The notes below the pieces were generated by a model. The model worked only from the letters and a program-made list of their open reading frames with translations. It searched no databases and had not been told where the DNA came from. 64,000 nucleotides of DNA, taken from contig JAUFOQ010000010.1 of NCBI GenBank assembly GCA_040285855.1, forward strand, positions 1,798,001-1,862,000. The letters are read 5' to 3'. The DNA is from Eukaryota sp. GEM-RC1. Taxonomy: Eukaryota. The stretch's first letter is position 1. The number at the start of each line of letters is the position of its first letter. Positions 26,385-38,228 of this stretch are shown piece after piece. Both the position numbers and the translations under genes were made by a program.

Positions 26385-28299
26385 GGATTCACCGCGTGGC
26401 GTGATTGGGGAGGTCACGTCATCAGTAAACTTCACGCAGGTTGGTTCAGTTCGCTGGATCCGACGCCTCTGCAACAACTTCAGGTTTGGGGTGTGTGTTC
26501 CTTGCATGCTCTTTGCCTTACTCCTCGCTCGTATTGGAAATTCGACTGACTCTTAACTTGCAGGTTCACCGCAGCAAGTCGCACAGTTGAAGACGTATCA
26601 TTTCATTGGTTGATTATTTACAAATATCGAATGAACGTCTACGAGAACAAAAATATTTTTTATCTTCAGAAAAATGAATGGTGGATCGATGGTCGCCAAC
26701 TTTGTATTTTATTTTTCGACGAAAAATTGGAAAACTAGGTAGGTTATTTTCGGAAATCAAGTCTGGAGAGGAAGCAGGAAAGGGATGGAGTGATCGTAGT
26801 AGTTAGAGCGGAAATCTGCCAAGTCGGAAGAGAGTTGGTGTCGGAGGCCATCTAACGATGGTGTAAGCTATCTCCATAGTAAGTCAATTGTCCATGGAGA
26901 TCTCAAACCAGGAAATGTGTTGATTGTGATGATAGATTTGTTGTTGTTCTTAAGCTATGCAAGATGTACACTATGATTCCAAAGTTGAATATAAGTACTG
27001 TCAATCTGTCTTCTATGTCCATTAATTGTTTTTAATTGGGTAACAAGTGATCAAAGTAATGACCTTGATTATTGTAATTTTGTACACCAAGAATAGCTAA
27101 AAAATGACTAAAATTTTGAAAAATGAATTTTTGAATATGATGAAATTCTGAGTAGTGAAAATTCCTTCCTCCACTGAATAGAACTACACATATTATATAA
27201 ATCAATACAATTTAAAAAAACACGTCAAAAATAAATCTTTTTATTAAATCCAAACGAGATAACAAATCTAAGTTCATCTTTCATTGAAATCGTTTTAACC
27301 AATATCCATGAGAAACACGCGTGTTGATGCCCTTGTAATTCCAGATCTTCACGCAAGTCTGAGAACTTTATCTACTGATTCAATGATGACGTGTTCATGG
27401 GGTTATTACTAGCACTGAAAACAACCAGAGTAATAGAGAAGATTTGTTATCATATATTGATGGTGACGTTTGCTAAGGTCATAAAGCACGTCATCTTTTG
27501 ACTCTAGAAGTAGTAGTACTTGATGGTTGTTGACAATGAAAGACAGAAGACAAAGACATTGAAGTGAGACAGGGTGAAAATCAACAGACTCTAAGGAAGT
27601 ATAGGTAGTAGAACCAAAGAAAGTAACAGTCTTACTTTCACAAGTACTAGCAAACATCGATGACGTGTCACCTACGATTGATAACGTGTCACTTAGAGGA
27701 CTTACTGAGGAGTAACTAGTTTCACCACTAGTGAGTAGAATCCAATAGTAAGTACTGAGAAGTAGAGGAGATCTAGTAATGGAAGAGAGAAGAAGTAGAT
27801 AGTTGGAGTGAAGAACTAGAGAGATGAAAGGTTGGTAGGATTCAGAAAACTTCTGATCTTTTGGGGAGTGTTAATATTCCTTAGTGTTTCTGAGAGAGTG
27901 TGTAGGAGAAGTGAAGCTGAGAGTTAGCTTCAGCGTTTGAGGAAGAGGGATCGAACTGACTCCTGTTTTGAACAGCACGGTGTATAAAGTCATTCATCAT
28001 CTTCTCTTTCAAGGACCTAGTTGGAGGAAAAGGATGACGTGATTTCCCTCTCCTTGAGGGGGGAGGGGGAGGGCGATCGACGCGATGATCATAGGTAAGT
28101 GAAGCTCGAAAATAAGCAGGATTGGAACAGCACAAGCTATCGTAAGGGCCCAATATTGTATCTAGGAATGGAAAGAAATGTTCCTCAAGAGCATTGTGTT
28201 GTATTTTCGAGAGACATATACAATGATATGAATCATGGGAATACTCAGACTTATGAGCCAAAGCTCTCAAAGAAAGAGAATGTATTTGCTCATGTTCTA

Positions 28300-28694
28300 A
28301 AGTAAAATATGAAATTGAAGCCCCTCCACGTAATAGTGGCCCCCACGCAATAGTGGCCGATTTTTGGATGGGGCTTATACGGAGAGGCCTCACCACGTAA
28401 TAGTAGCCCCTGGTTATAAAGAATTTTGAAGTATCGATCTTCGAGGATTTGGCCATATTGTGTGAGTTAGAATTGGGTGAGTCACATGTGGAAGTTGTTG
28501 ATGAGTAACTGTTTTTATTGTTTTTGACAGTGAATCCACTACATGCGACACAACTGAGACTTCAGAACATGATTTGGTAAGGGGCTTATAGAGAGAAGCC
28601 CCACCACGTAATAGTAGCCCCCACGTAATAGTAGCCGATTTTAAGATGGGGCTTATACGGACAGGCCCCGGGGCTTCAATTTCATATTTTACTT
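28300..28694. mobile_element. MITE with perfect 25-bp TIRs and TA duplication
   Basis: TIR AAGTAAAATATGAAATTGAAGCCCC; TA at 28298-28299 and 28695-28696; five internal CCACGYAATAGTRGCC repeats. Confidence 0.9.
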
Positions 28695-28705
28695 TATTTT
28701 AGCTT

Positions 28706-29719
28706 ATGAAAATGAGTACCATTGAATTTATTCTTAATCATGATTTCGTCATTCCCGTTGTAGAGACGGATGAAGTTGATGAAGGTGGGATTTTTATTGA
28801 TCGTTATATTTTAGAAGATTTCTTAGAAAAAGGCTCTCGCGCGCGTGATTTAACCGAAAACGGAGGAGAGAGGAGTCTAAGATTAATTCATCAATCTCCG
28901 AATAACTATATCATTGAATGTTGTTTTATACTCTCACAAAACGATGAAGTCAGAATCAATTCGGCAGATCGAGGTATCATAAGAAGAACTCAAGTAAAAC
29001 AATTTTGTAATCAATTCTATGACGCCACTACACATCGAGATAGAGTTGTGGAATTAAAAAAGTCCACAAATTTCGACGAGAGCTGTTTAAAAAATATTCA
29101 TCTGGCGGATTTTACGCTTCAAAATACTTTATGTCGTCCAATAATGGCTGAAGCACTTTGTATACTTTTATTCGTCATGGTTCATAATTTCTCAAACAAT
29201 ATCGTTGGATCTAAAGAACTTGAAATCCCATTAAAGAATGGAACCGATTTCAATAAATACGAACCACCTTTATCGCATCTTAGGATCAACGAATCAATAT
29301 TGGGAAATGGTTCGATGACCAATGATGTAGTTCGAAAACGCTATATCGTGAATCTCGATAAACATCCCGATTTTATGAGCTTGCCTAAGTCCACGAAAGT
29401 AGAGATTTTGAAGCAATTAGAAAAGAGTTATTATCCACTCACTGACGTAAAAGATAAATTGAAGAAGACTATCACTAACTTGAAAATCAATAATGTTTCT
29501 GTTTATGATTGCATTAAGACTTTTCCAGTCTTTTACCACATTCCAAATTCTGAGGGCTGTGAGATTGTTCCATCAATTTTGAAAAAAGCAACTCTCAAGC
29601 ACGTTAATCAAATCTTTGGATTGAATGATAACGAAACCTATATCCACGCTTATGATGTTTCTGAATTCAGACGAATCAGGAATATGGTGAACAATGTCAA
29701 TGATGAAGAAGATAATTAG
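28706..29719 (+). CDS. Hypothetical protein (337 aa) of the orphan cluster
   Basis: Uninterrupted ATG-initiated ORF in a region where most frames are closed; no family recognised. Confidence 0.7.
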   Translation: MKMSTIEFILNHDFVIPVVETDEVDEGGIFIDRYILEDFLEKGSRARDLTENGGERSLRLIHQSPNNYIIECCFILSQNDEVRINSADRGIIRRTQVKQFCNQFYDATTHRDRVVELKKSTNFDESCLKNIHLADFTLQNTLCRPIMAEALCILLFVMVHNFSNNIVGSKELEIPLKNGTDFNKYEPPLSHLRINESILGNGSMTNDVVRKRYIVNLDKHPDFMSLPKSTKVEILKQLEKSYYPLTDVKDKLKKTITNLKINNVSVYDCIKTFPVFYHIPNSEGCEIVPSILKKATLKHVNQIFGLNDNETYIHAYDVSEFRRIRNMVNNVNDEEDN

Positions 29720-29911
29720 AAATCTTCGTTCATTACTTTATATTTTTAACCATCAAGGATTCATTCAAGATATTGTCGGGTTTTTAGTGAAGAATGAAGT
29801 ACAATTTTTATTAGACCCGTTTTGTGGGAAGGCGCATCTATTGATAGCCTTGAGTAAAAAGGAATCAGAACTTTAGGAATTGATATCGACGGAACCCTAC
29901 TCCCTCAATAA
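29694..29911 (+). pseudogene. Truncated SAM-dependent methyltransferase-like fragment
   Basis: LLDPFCGKAHLLIALSKK; adding one A to the run at 29856-29860 continues as GIRTLGIDID, matching Rossmann MTase motifs I-II. Confidence 0.55.
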
Positions 29912-30017
29912 TCCAATCAACAACCCCAACATTTTTCACCAAATCAAAGAAGAAAAATGATTATACGAATTAAAATGATTTTTTTTTACAAATACCCCCC
30001 CCTCTATATTTCATCTT

Positions 30018-30995
30018 ATGGACATCAACCGCGAACTTAAACGTGTTTTTCAAATTTTGAACGATATCGCCCCAGAAGGCGAAACTACTTCCCATCTTCC
30101 TGAAGGAAATCCTCCCTCAGAGGAAACTGCAAAAAAATTCAGGAATCGATGCAAGAAATACGGAATCCCAATCCCAGAAAACTTCACTACTCGGAAATGT
30201 TGTGAACATTTTATCCACGAAGACATGGTTAGTGGCAATTACGCATTAATCCCACGAGGACTATTCTCAGAAAAATCTTTCTACGAGAAACCAGATTTTG
30301 CCGAAAGAACGGATTATGGTGTGTACGATCTAGAAGCCGAATTCTATCGTTATGAAGAATGTAAACAATTCCGCCTTATTCACGGAGAATCCGGATTTAG
30401 AAACCCCATCGTAGCCTATTCATTGGCTCTTTTGAATCGATATGGGGTTCTTCAAAGAAATCCCATCAGTGAAAACTATGAAACGGTTTTGAAGTTGGTT
30501 GTTCTCAGACTTAAAACACTTCAAACATTAGAAGGAGTATCTCGCGTTGATAAAATCCGCAATAATAAATTCCTTAAACTCCTCACCGATGCTGAAGACG
30601 AATGCATTGAATATGGACTTACTGACGAAAGATGTAGAGGTTTATTCAACCTCTATATCGACATTTGTGAAGTCGCCTCTCAATCCAACTATATCCAAGA
30701 TTATGCAAAAGAGTTAGTTGATGATCAAATCATTACTAAATTCTTCAAAAAATACTTCGATGTAGCTTTTTCCGTCAAGACTCAAAGGTTCTTGGCCGTC
30801 TTTATGTTAGCATACGTGCCCATTTTAAAAATACCTTCATCTTCTAGTTATCGCGAATTCGCAAAAACTTTAGATAAGGTAAAGAATCATGATCGACGAA
30901 GAATCAGAGTTCCAAATATAAATTTCGTTAGACCTGGTAAATTCATTGGCACCAGAGTTTTCCACGACTTTTATAAATTAATCTTCATGCATTAA
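30018..30995 (+). CDS. Hypothetical protein (325 aa) of the orphan cluster
   Basis: Uninterrupted ATG-initiated ORF; no family recognised. Confidence 0.7.
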   Translation: MDINRELKRVFQILNDIAPEGETTSHLPEGNPPSEETAKKFRNRCKKYGIPIPENFTTRKCCEHFIHEDMVSGNYALIPRGLFSEKSFYEKPDFAERTDYGVYDLEAEFYRYEECKQFRLIHGESGFRNPIVAYSLALLNRYGVLQRNPISENYETVLKLVVLRLKTLQTLEGVSRVDKIRNNKFLKLLTDAEDECIEYGLTDERCRGLFNLYIDICEVASQSNYIQDYAKELVDDQIITKFFKKYFDVAFSVKTQRFLAVFMLAYVPILKIPSSSSYREFAKTLDKVKNHDRRRIRVPNINFVRPGKFIGTRVFHDFYKLIFMH

Positions 30996-31068
30996 TTCCG
31001 ATTCATTCGACATCCCACAAAACAGAAACTCAAACAGAAACAAAAATATTTATTTTTTTAGCAGAAAA

Positions 31069-31533
31069 GTGATTAGTTGGTTGGGATTAATGACGAACCC
31101 TCAATTGTCCGCAGCTAAAGTTAAAGTTAGATTCTATGAAGCGATGGGAGATCTTCCGATCCAAAACTTCTTGATGGAATTAATTCAATTCCATCGAAAC
31201 GAAGTATCTAGAAATGCGATGGAAAGAACTTTCACAGACTACGACATTGGAGATGACTATTTCCATTTAATCGAAAAAACCATCGAAGGTTTAATTAGGG
31301 ATGATCGACGACAAAAGCAATGGACCCCAATCAACATCATCTTCAAGCTCTCAAGAATCTTGACCTATCATTATTCCAATTCTGAAGTCGTCAAGAAGAA
31401 CAAAAACGATAGAGCCTTAACTGTTCATTACAAAAGAGTTTGGATTCAAATGCTACTCCAAAGCTACAAACCATTTACGATGGATTATATTCAGGAATTA
31501 TTCCTCGAATTGAAAGAGAGGATGGAGCTTTAA
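31069..31533 (+). CDS. Hypothetical protein (154 aa) of the orphan cluster
   Basis: Open in both duplicate copies; start codon uncertain. Confidence 0.5.
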   Translation: MISWLGLMTNPQLSAAKVKVRFYEAMGDLPIQNFLMELIQFHRNEVSRNAMERTFTDYDIGDDYFHLIEKTIEGLIRDDRRQKQWTPINIIFKLSRILTYHYSNSEVVKKNKNDRALTVHYKRVWIQMLLQSYKPFTMDYIQELFLELKERMEL

Positions 31534-31640
31534 AATGATCGACCAATTAAGGATATTTTTCTTCGTCTTTGGCTGGACCAATAATGAAGAAAAATGATCA
31601 AAGATCGGAAAATTGCTTTTAGTTTCGAAATAAGTTTACT

Positions 31641-32367
31641 ATGCCTAGATTTTCCGATCTCTTAGCTGCTACTACTGCAAAGCCTTCTCCCACCGAGACC
31701 TCTTCTCTCCCTCAAACAGAGCATTCTCCCCCAGAACCCACTGCTCGCGTTGAAGAAGAGGATTCTCTTGAAGACCAAGTTATCGTAATTCCCCCTGAAT
31801 CCTTGTCGGCCGCCCCTACTCGGCCACTTCCTCCTCCTCCTCGCCGTCGCACTAATGCTCCTTCTGGGGATCTCCCCCCCCGCAGAACCCGCTGAGGAAA
31901 GTTCTCCTGAACCTACTCTCGCCGAGCCCCTCATTGATGCCGTTCGTCCAACTCGTCCCGTTCCCCTAGCCCCTCCTGTTCGCAATTCCGGTAGTCGTGG
32001 TCGTGGTGGTCGTGGTGGCCGTGGTGGTCATGACAATGCCGTTCCTAGGATGCCTGGTCCCACTCAAGCTCGTCCATTGAGGATTAGAGCTCATGTAGTA
32101 AATGGGATTTTGTGTATTCCCGAGTCGGGCATTGATAAGAAGGTTCCCCTCAATATGATTTCCACAAGAGCTGACGGGACTTATGTTGTCGAGTTGTCGG
32201 TGGTAATGACCCTTGAACACCACCACTCCAACAGAAATCCCCCTCCTATGGATCCAACCATTTATCGACATGAGGATTGGCAAGGGGCCATGCAGGCTTC
32301 TAGATTCCAGTCCCATATTCTTAGACAGAATCCAGGGAACCCAGAGAACCCAGAGGACGGTGAGTAA
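31641..32367 (+). CDS. Pro-rich, RGG-containing hypothetical protein, copy 2
   Basis: ORFs 31641-31895 and 31855-32367 join at the C8 run 31874-31881. Confidence 0.6.
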
Positions 32368-35052
32368 GGATTCACCGCGTGGCGTGATTGGGGAGGTCAC
32401 GTCATCAGTAAACTTCACGCAGGTTGGTTCAGTTCGCTGGATCCGACGCCTCTGCAACAACTTCAGGTTTGGGGTGTGTGTTCCTTGCATGCTCTTTGCC
32501 TTACTCCTCGCTCGTATTGGAAATTCGACTGACTCTTAACTTGCAGGTTCACCGCAGCAAGTCGCACAGTTGAAGACGTATCATTTCATTGGTTGATTAT
32601 TTACAAATATCGAATGAACGTCTACGAGAACAAAAATATTTTTTATCTTCAGAAAAATGAATGGTGGATCGATGGTCGCCAACTTTGTATTTTATTTTTC
32701 GACGAAAAATTGGAAAACTAGGTAGGTTATTTTCGGAAATCAAGTCTGGAGAGGAAGCAGGAAAGGGATGGAGTGATCGTAGTAGTTAGAGCGGAAATCT
32801 GCCAAGTCGGAAGAGAGTTGGTGTCGGAGGCCATCTAACGATGGTGTAAGCTATCTCCATAGTAAGTCAATTGTCCATGGAGATCTCAAACCAGGAAATG
32901 TGTTGATTGTGATGATAGATTTGTTGTTGTTCTTAAGCTATGCAAGATGTACACTATGATTCCAAAGTTGAATATAAGTACTGTCAATCTGTCTTCTATG
33001 TCCATTAATTGTTTTTAATTGGGTAACAAGTGATCAAAGTAATGACCTTGATTATTGTAATTTTGTACACCAAGAATAGCTAAAAATGACTAAAATTTTG
33101 AAAAATGAATTTTTGAATATGATGAAATTCTGAGTAGTGAAAATTCCTTCCTCCACTGAATAGAACTACACATATTATATAAATCAATACAATTTAAAAA
33201 AACACGTCAAAAATAAATCTTTTGATTAAATCCAAACGAGATAACAAATCTAAGTTCATCTTTCATTGAAATCGTTTTAACCAATATCTATGAGAAACAC
33301 GCGTGTTGATGCCCTTGTAATTCCAGATCTTCACGCAAGTCTGAGAACTTTATCTACTGATTCAATGATGACGTGTTCATGGGGTTATTACTAGCACTGA
33401 AAACAACCAGAGTAATAGAGAAGATTTGTTATCATATATTGATGGTGACGTTTGCTAAGGTCATAAAGCACGTCATCTTTTGACTCTAGAAGTAGTAGTA
33501 CTTGATGGTTGTTGACAATGAAAGACAGAAGACAAAGACATTGAAGTGAGACAGGGTGAAAATCAACAGACTCTAAGGAAGTATAGGTAGTAGAACCAAA
33601 GAAAGTAACAGTCTTACTTTCACAAGTACTAGCAAACATCGATGACGTGTCACCTACGATTGATAACGTGTCACTTAGAGGACTTACTGAGGAGTAACTA
33701 GTTTCACCACTAGTGAGTAGAATCCAATAGTAAGTACTGAGAAGTAGAGGAGATCTAGTAATGGAAGAGAGAAGAAGTAGATAGTTGGAGTGAAGAACTA
33801 GAGAGATGAAAGGTTGGTAGGATTCAGAAAACTTCTGATCTTTTGGGGAGTGTTAATATTCCTTAGTGTTTCTGAGAGAGTGTGTAGGAGAAGTGAAGCT
33901 GAGAGTTAGCTTCAGCGTTTGAGGAAGAGGGATCGAAACTGACTCCTGTTTTGAACAGCACGGTGTATAAAGTCATTCATCATCTTCTCTTTCAAGGACC
34001 TAGTTGGAGGAAAAGGATGACGTGATTTCCATCTCCTTGAGGGGGGGAGGGGGAGGGCGATCGACGCGATGATCATAGGTAAGTGAAGCTCGAAAATAAG
34101 CAGGATTGGAACAGCACAAGCTCCGTCGGCAGAGAGAGCATGTAGATAATCCAGTAGTTGTAACTAAGGGAAACAACAAGTTATATGAACAACGGGCTTG
34201 TTTAGAACTCGAGGGCGCTTTGAGGAAGGACTATTGACAGTAGTGATGTTGGAAGTTAGCCTAATCTCAATTCCAGCTCTGACTCATCATCTATTTCTTC
34301 AAACATATCAAAGACATACAACAATGCAAAGGCAATCTGCCTCGTTACCTCTCCTTAGAGTGTTCTAGTCAATGAGTCTTCTTCTTAATTCACTTCCGGT
34401 TTTCCTCTTTTGATCAAATCAATTGAGTTCTAGATGTATTGCTTCTTGCCTTGTCATTCCTCATTTCTCTGAACTTTCTTTACTAATGTGCTTCGTCGGG
34501 AACTTCTTCTTTGTGTGTGTCCTCTGGTGGTGTGCTGTTTGCATCAGCATTTACCTTCTATTTTACTCTTTTTATATTCAATTTGAACTAGTGTGTATAC
34601 ATGACTTGATTCCATTCGATGATGACCGACAATTTTAACCAGTAAGTATTTTCGTAAAGCATTTTAATCCGTACAAATTTTCTATTGTATCACTTTGTCT
34701 CACGAATGGTTGTTTGTGTATTTTAGGCACTTTATCAGATAGACCTTTGACATTGATTTGACTTTGTTCACGTCAGCTCCTTGAGATCAAATCGACTGTC
34801 ATTGTCCCTTAATGACAAAGTATTGTACAAAACATGTAGTGTTTGTCATAAGTAACTTTGGTGTCTTCAGAGATTCAGTTGTTGTGATTCCTTCAGATTG
34901 CTACAAACACTTAATACTCCTGACAGTAGTTCTCAATTATCATTGACTTAGATTTAAGTTCACCAATTTTAATTCATTTTTCTATGTTCAATCAATTAAG
35001 ATTTAATCTCGTAAGGCATATTGAAAAACACTGATCTTGTGTTAGATAAATA

Positions 35053-35820
35053 TCACGAAGAATAGTATTGACCATCACCGTATCGTACATGTCTAAACAA
35101 CCAAACACTAGAATAGTGTTGCAGTGAGTAAATTTGACTGTTAACCAAATCAACTGGATTACTCGAGGGAAAACGTTCTACAGCATCAACTACACTACGT
35201 TTTAACACTGCAACAAAGGCTTCTATCGGATTCATCTTTGGACATTAAGAGACCAATTTAATATACTTATTCCCACACTACTTCATTGCATCATCAATGT
35301 CCAGAGAAAAGTAAATACTACAAATATCTATTATGAAGATAGAACTTCTATCTGGAAACGTTTTTTATTTGTTCGAGTTTATTGGGATTTCCAGAAAACA
35401 TACAAAACTAGATCTAAAATGGCCTTCTACCATATGTGAAAGAACCACGTCATGTTGGTCAATTACAACAGCGCAACTGAGTTCATGTTCTTTGAAGGTG
35501 TGTTAAAAACTGCAACTGGCGTTGAAACAGGTGGTCTACTTTTAGAACGTCGACAATATTATACATGTAAGAAAAGCCTGTCAATCAAAACGAGCTGTTC
35601 ATGACGAACAACACCCATGGCTGCATTTCATTGTCCAACATCAATTGGATTAGATCGTTGTTGGCCGTTTTCTTCACTTTCTTCTTTATAATTTCTGTTT
35701 GATACATTTCATGACACAAGTATTCTGTGAGGTAGTGGATAAGGATGCAAGCCTTCTATAAATGTCATACATCCTCTGTCTTAGCTCTCGCAGGACGAGA
35801 CGCGGTTAATCGTTCACCAG
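35053..35820 (-). mobile_element. Tc1/IS630 transposase remnant
   Basis: MNPIEAF...LKR (third catalytic E region) preceded by a degraded DDE-like segment. Confidence 0.55.
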
Positions 35821-36885
35821 ACGTAGAAATGAAGAGATAATAAAAGTAGTGAATGACCAATGTAGGAAGCATCTTCAGTCACACCCCCAGTATCCATAGA
35901 TAGATAGAATTCATCTTAAAATGAACAATAATGTTATGTCTATGAGTCAGTTATGCCTCAGCCATATTCGTGGTAAGAACAGATCATATCAGTATGTATG
36001 ATGCGTTTAGACTACATCTATATCTAATACTTAATATATTAAACTGATTCATAAATACAAACAATCACGTTTACTTGCTTGTATTGTAACACTTACGAAC
36101 GTTCTAACAACAAACAGCTGGACTGAATATCAACTGTAGGGTTTCAGTGTATAACATGGACTTTAGATCTCGTATTGTTCTATTTGTGGCCAAAAATAGA
36201 CGTTTTCAGCAACATTGGTTTTCACTACAATCCAAAAGACTTTCACGAGACTCCATCGATGTTGAATCTGTAGAACATTGAGAAACAACATTGCTGATCA
36301 TTAGTTGAGTATCACTATCTGATTTGGAGCCAAGTTAATGACGGTCAGTTTCTATCTTTTTAAATTTTTTATACAATTGGTTCTTTTCAAAATTGATGTG
36401 TCAGGAGTAACAATCAGTGTTGAACTCTACTTTAACATTTCAACAATTGTGCAACAAACAGTCTCAGTACAGAATTAGTCTTACTGAGACTAAGTCTTTC
36501 TTGAAGTGTAGCTTCCATATAATTCCTCAACACCGGGATAACACACCAAGCACAATTAACCAAACGGTGAAAACTGACCATCAGATTGTCTTTAAAGACA
36601 AGCTGTTCTGTAATAACTCAAATGGTCTAAAGCCCAAACGAAGTCTCATTTTCAAAAACCATTCATATTCCTTTAGATTCAAGGTGAATCTCCCATGCAA
36701 TTAAACATTGAAAGTAGATAATGTATCTTCACATATATTTTGTAAAAATACACAGAAAGCGGGATCTTTTAACTTTAGCCAAGATAATCTAGTTAGTATT
36801 GTGCAAGATCTCATGAAAGAATACAAATTTTTCCAAAGCTTTCTACCACGAACATGAAGATTAAGTTGAGGTGTGTATTTTACTT

Positions 36886-37584
36886 CAGGGATCGAAAAAA
36901 ATAAATTGTATTGCGAAATACATTATATTGCAATAAATATTGCACGTCTTTTGATGTGCAATATATTTATTACAACAAAGGGTTAATTGCAATATATTGC
37001 AATATATTTCCAACATATTGCAATATGTCACAACGAGATTTATGCAGAGTAACTCTAACAAGTCTTGTTCATAAGAACACTTTCTTTCACTGTATATCCA
37101 CTCCAAGTCCAAAAAAGTTAAAAGGGGACCTACAGTTGGTTTCTACATCTCTATTGTCATCACTCAACACATACTTCAAGCAATGAGATTTGTGGAAACT
37201 GGTACATGTGTTTATTTACGTATCAATAAAGACACGTTCCAATCATAGTGGCACCCAGCAATACAATTTATTTTTTTCGATCTCTGTCCAGAGTCTGTAC
37301 CAGGAAGTATAATTAATGTTCTTATGCATGTATCTGAAAGGGTAACCGACTAAAAACTCTGTTGAACTAGTGTTTGATTTTCAGTCAGTAAATTTCAGCA
37401 GAGCGTCTCAATTTCTAACATTTTGACGAACTAAATTTTACCCAAAATATTGCAATATATTGCAATTATTTATTGCAATCATCACCGTTTTCAATATATT
37501 TATTGCAATGATCACATCTACCAATATATTTATTGTACGATTTTTATGCTAGCAATATATTGCAATATATTTTTTCGATCCCTG
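36886..37584. mobile_element. hAT-type MITE
   Basis: TIR CAGGGATCGAAAAAAATA; 8-bp TSD TTTTACTT (36878-36885, 37585-37592); TATTGCAATA subterminal repeats. Confidence 0.9.
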
Positions 37585-37658
37585 TTTTACTTACACATCA
37601 AAAAGAATAAAAGAGAATATTGATGGATGACATAATAATACATATATAGTAATAAAAG

Positions 37659-38000
37659 CTATGAAACACTAGACACAGAAAATTCCTGGTCAACAGTACC
37701 ACGGTATTTATACAACTTTGTGAAAATTGGTTTAAAAAACTTAAGCATCGAACGGAACAAAGAAGAAATCAAACGGTTAAGCCAAATGGATAAGTTAAAT
37801 CTCATATTCTGAGACTTACACATAAATCCAAAATCAGTTATAAATTGAGAAGACATTTCACCAATACTTCTAAAAATAGAATTATCAAATGGAACAATTA
37901 CAATTTTTGAACACAAATTTTGGTTGAGTTTAGTTACATTTTACGTTTTGCGGCTGTTTATGGGTGATTGAAACCTTTTGAATTTAAGCCATTAACTAAA
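37659..38000 (-). mobile_element. 3' remnant of RLE non-LTR retrotransposon
   Basis: Homologous to 8620-8830 and 58820-59030 (FITDFGFMCKSQNMRFNLSIWLNRLI). Confidence 0.6.
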
Positions 38001-38228
38001 GAATCAAACAAGTGTTAATTAAAATACAAATTGTTGTTTGGTATATTAATTAAATAAGCTTACTAAGTTGCTTCTTTGTTTCGAATACTCCAACCCATTT
38101 GTCAAAGATTTAGTTACATTTGATGAAATGAATCGCTACTATGGAACTAAACTGTTCAACAATCCTATTTCTGTGAATTTCTTTCCAAATGCATAAGCCG
38201 TGTTTCTCTTCAGTCTAACTTCAATTAC

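Larger units (their letters stand above)
24983..28138 (+). repeat. ~3.15-kb near-identical direct duplication, copy 1 (copy 2 at 30972-34122)
   Basis: Runs colinearly with copy 2 with only scattered substitutions and small indels; the ORF track repeats. Confidence 0.95.
30972..34122 (+). repeat. ~3.15-kb direct duplication, copy 2
   Basis: Matches 24983-28138. Confidence 0.95.

Noticed and set aside
25983..26556. Antisense 174-aa and overlapping 108-aa ORFs (also 31966-32539)
   Set aside because: Shadow frames of a GC-rich Pro/RGG gene; the poly-Thr tract is just the antisense of GGT/CGT repeats.
26845..26865. Helitron 3' end
   Set aside because: The hairpin abuts the terminus, there is no CTRR end, and the site is not A|T.
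27881..28456. 191-aa minus-strand ORF
   Set aside because: Chance read-through across a MITE, the antisense of an orphan ORF and a pseudogene repeat.
28320..28670. CRISPR-like array of CCACGTAATAGTAGCC repeats
   Set aside because: Repeats are short, irregularly spaced or abutting, have no unique spacers, and lie between perfect TIRs of a MITE.
24983..34122. LTR retrotransposon (two long direct repeats around a unique core)
   Set aside because: No TG...CA ends and no gag/RT/integrase; the repeats include host pseudogene sequence and cut through an ORF.
2005..38197. Single element bounded by the two 27-bp repeats
   Set aside because: The repeats face away from each other: 2031 is the right end of one copy and 38171 the left end of another, so no TSD can be read.
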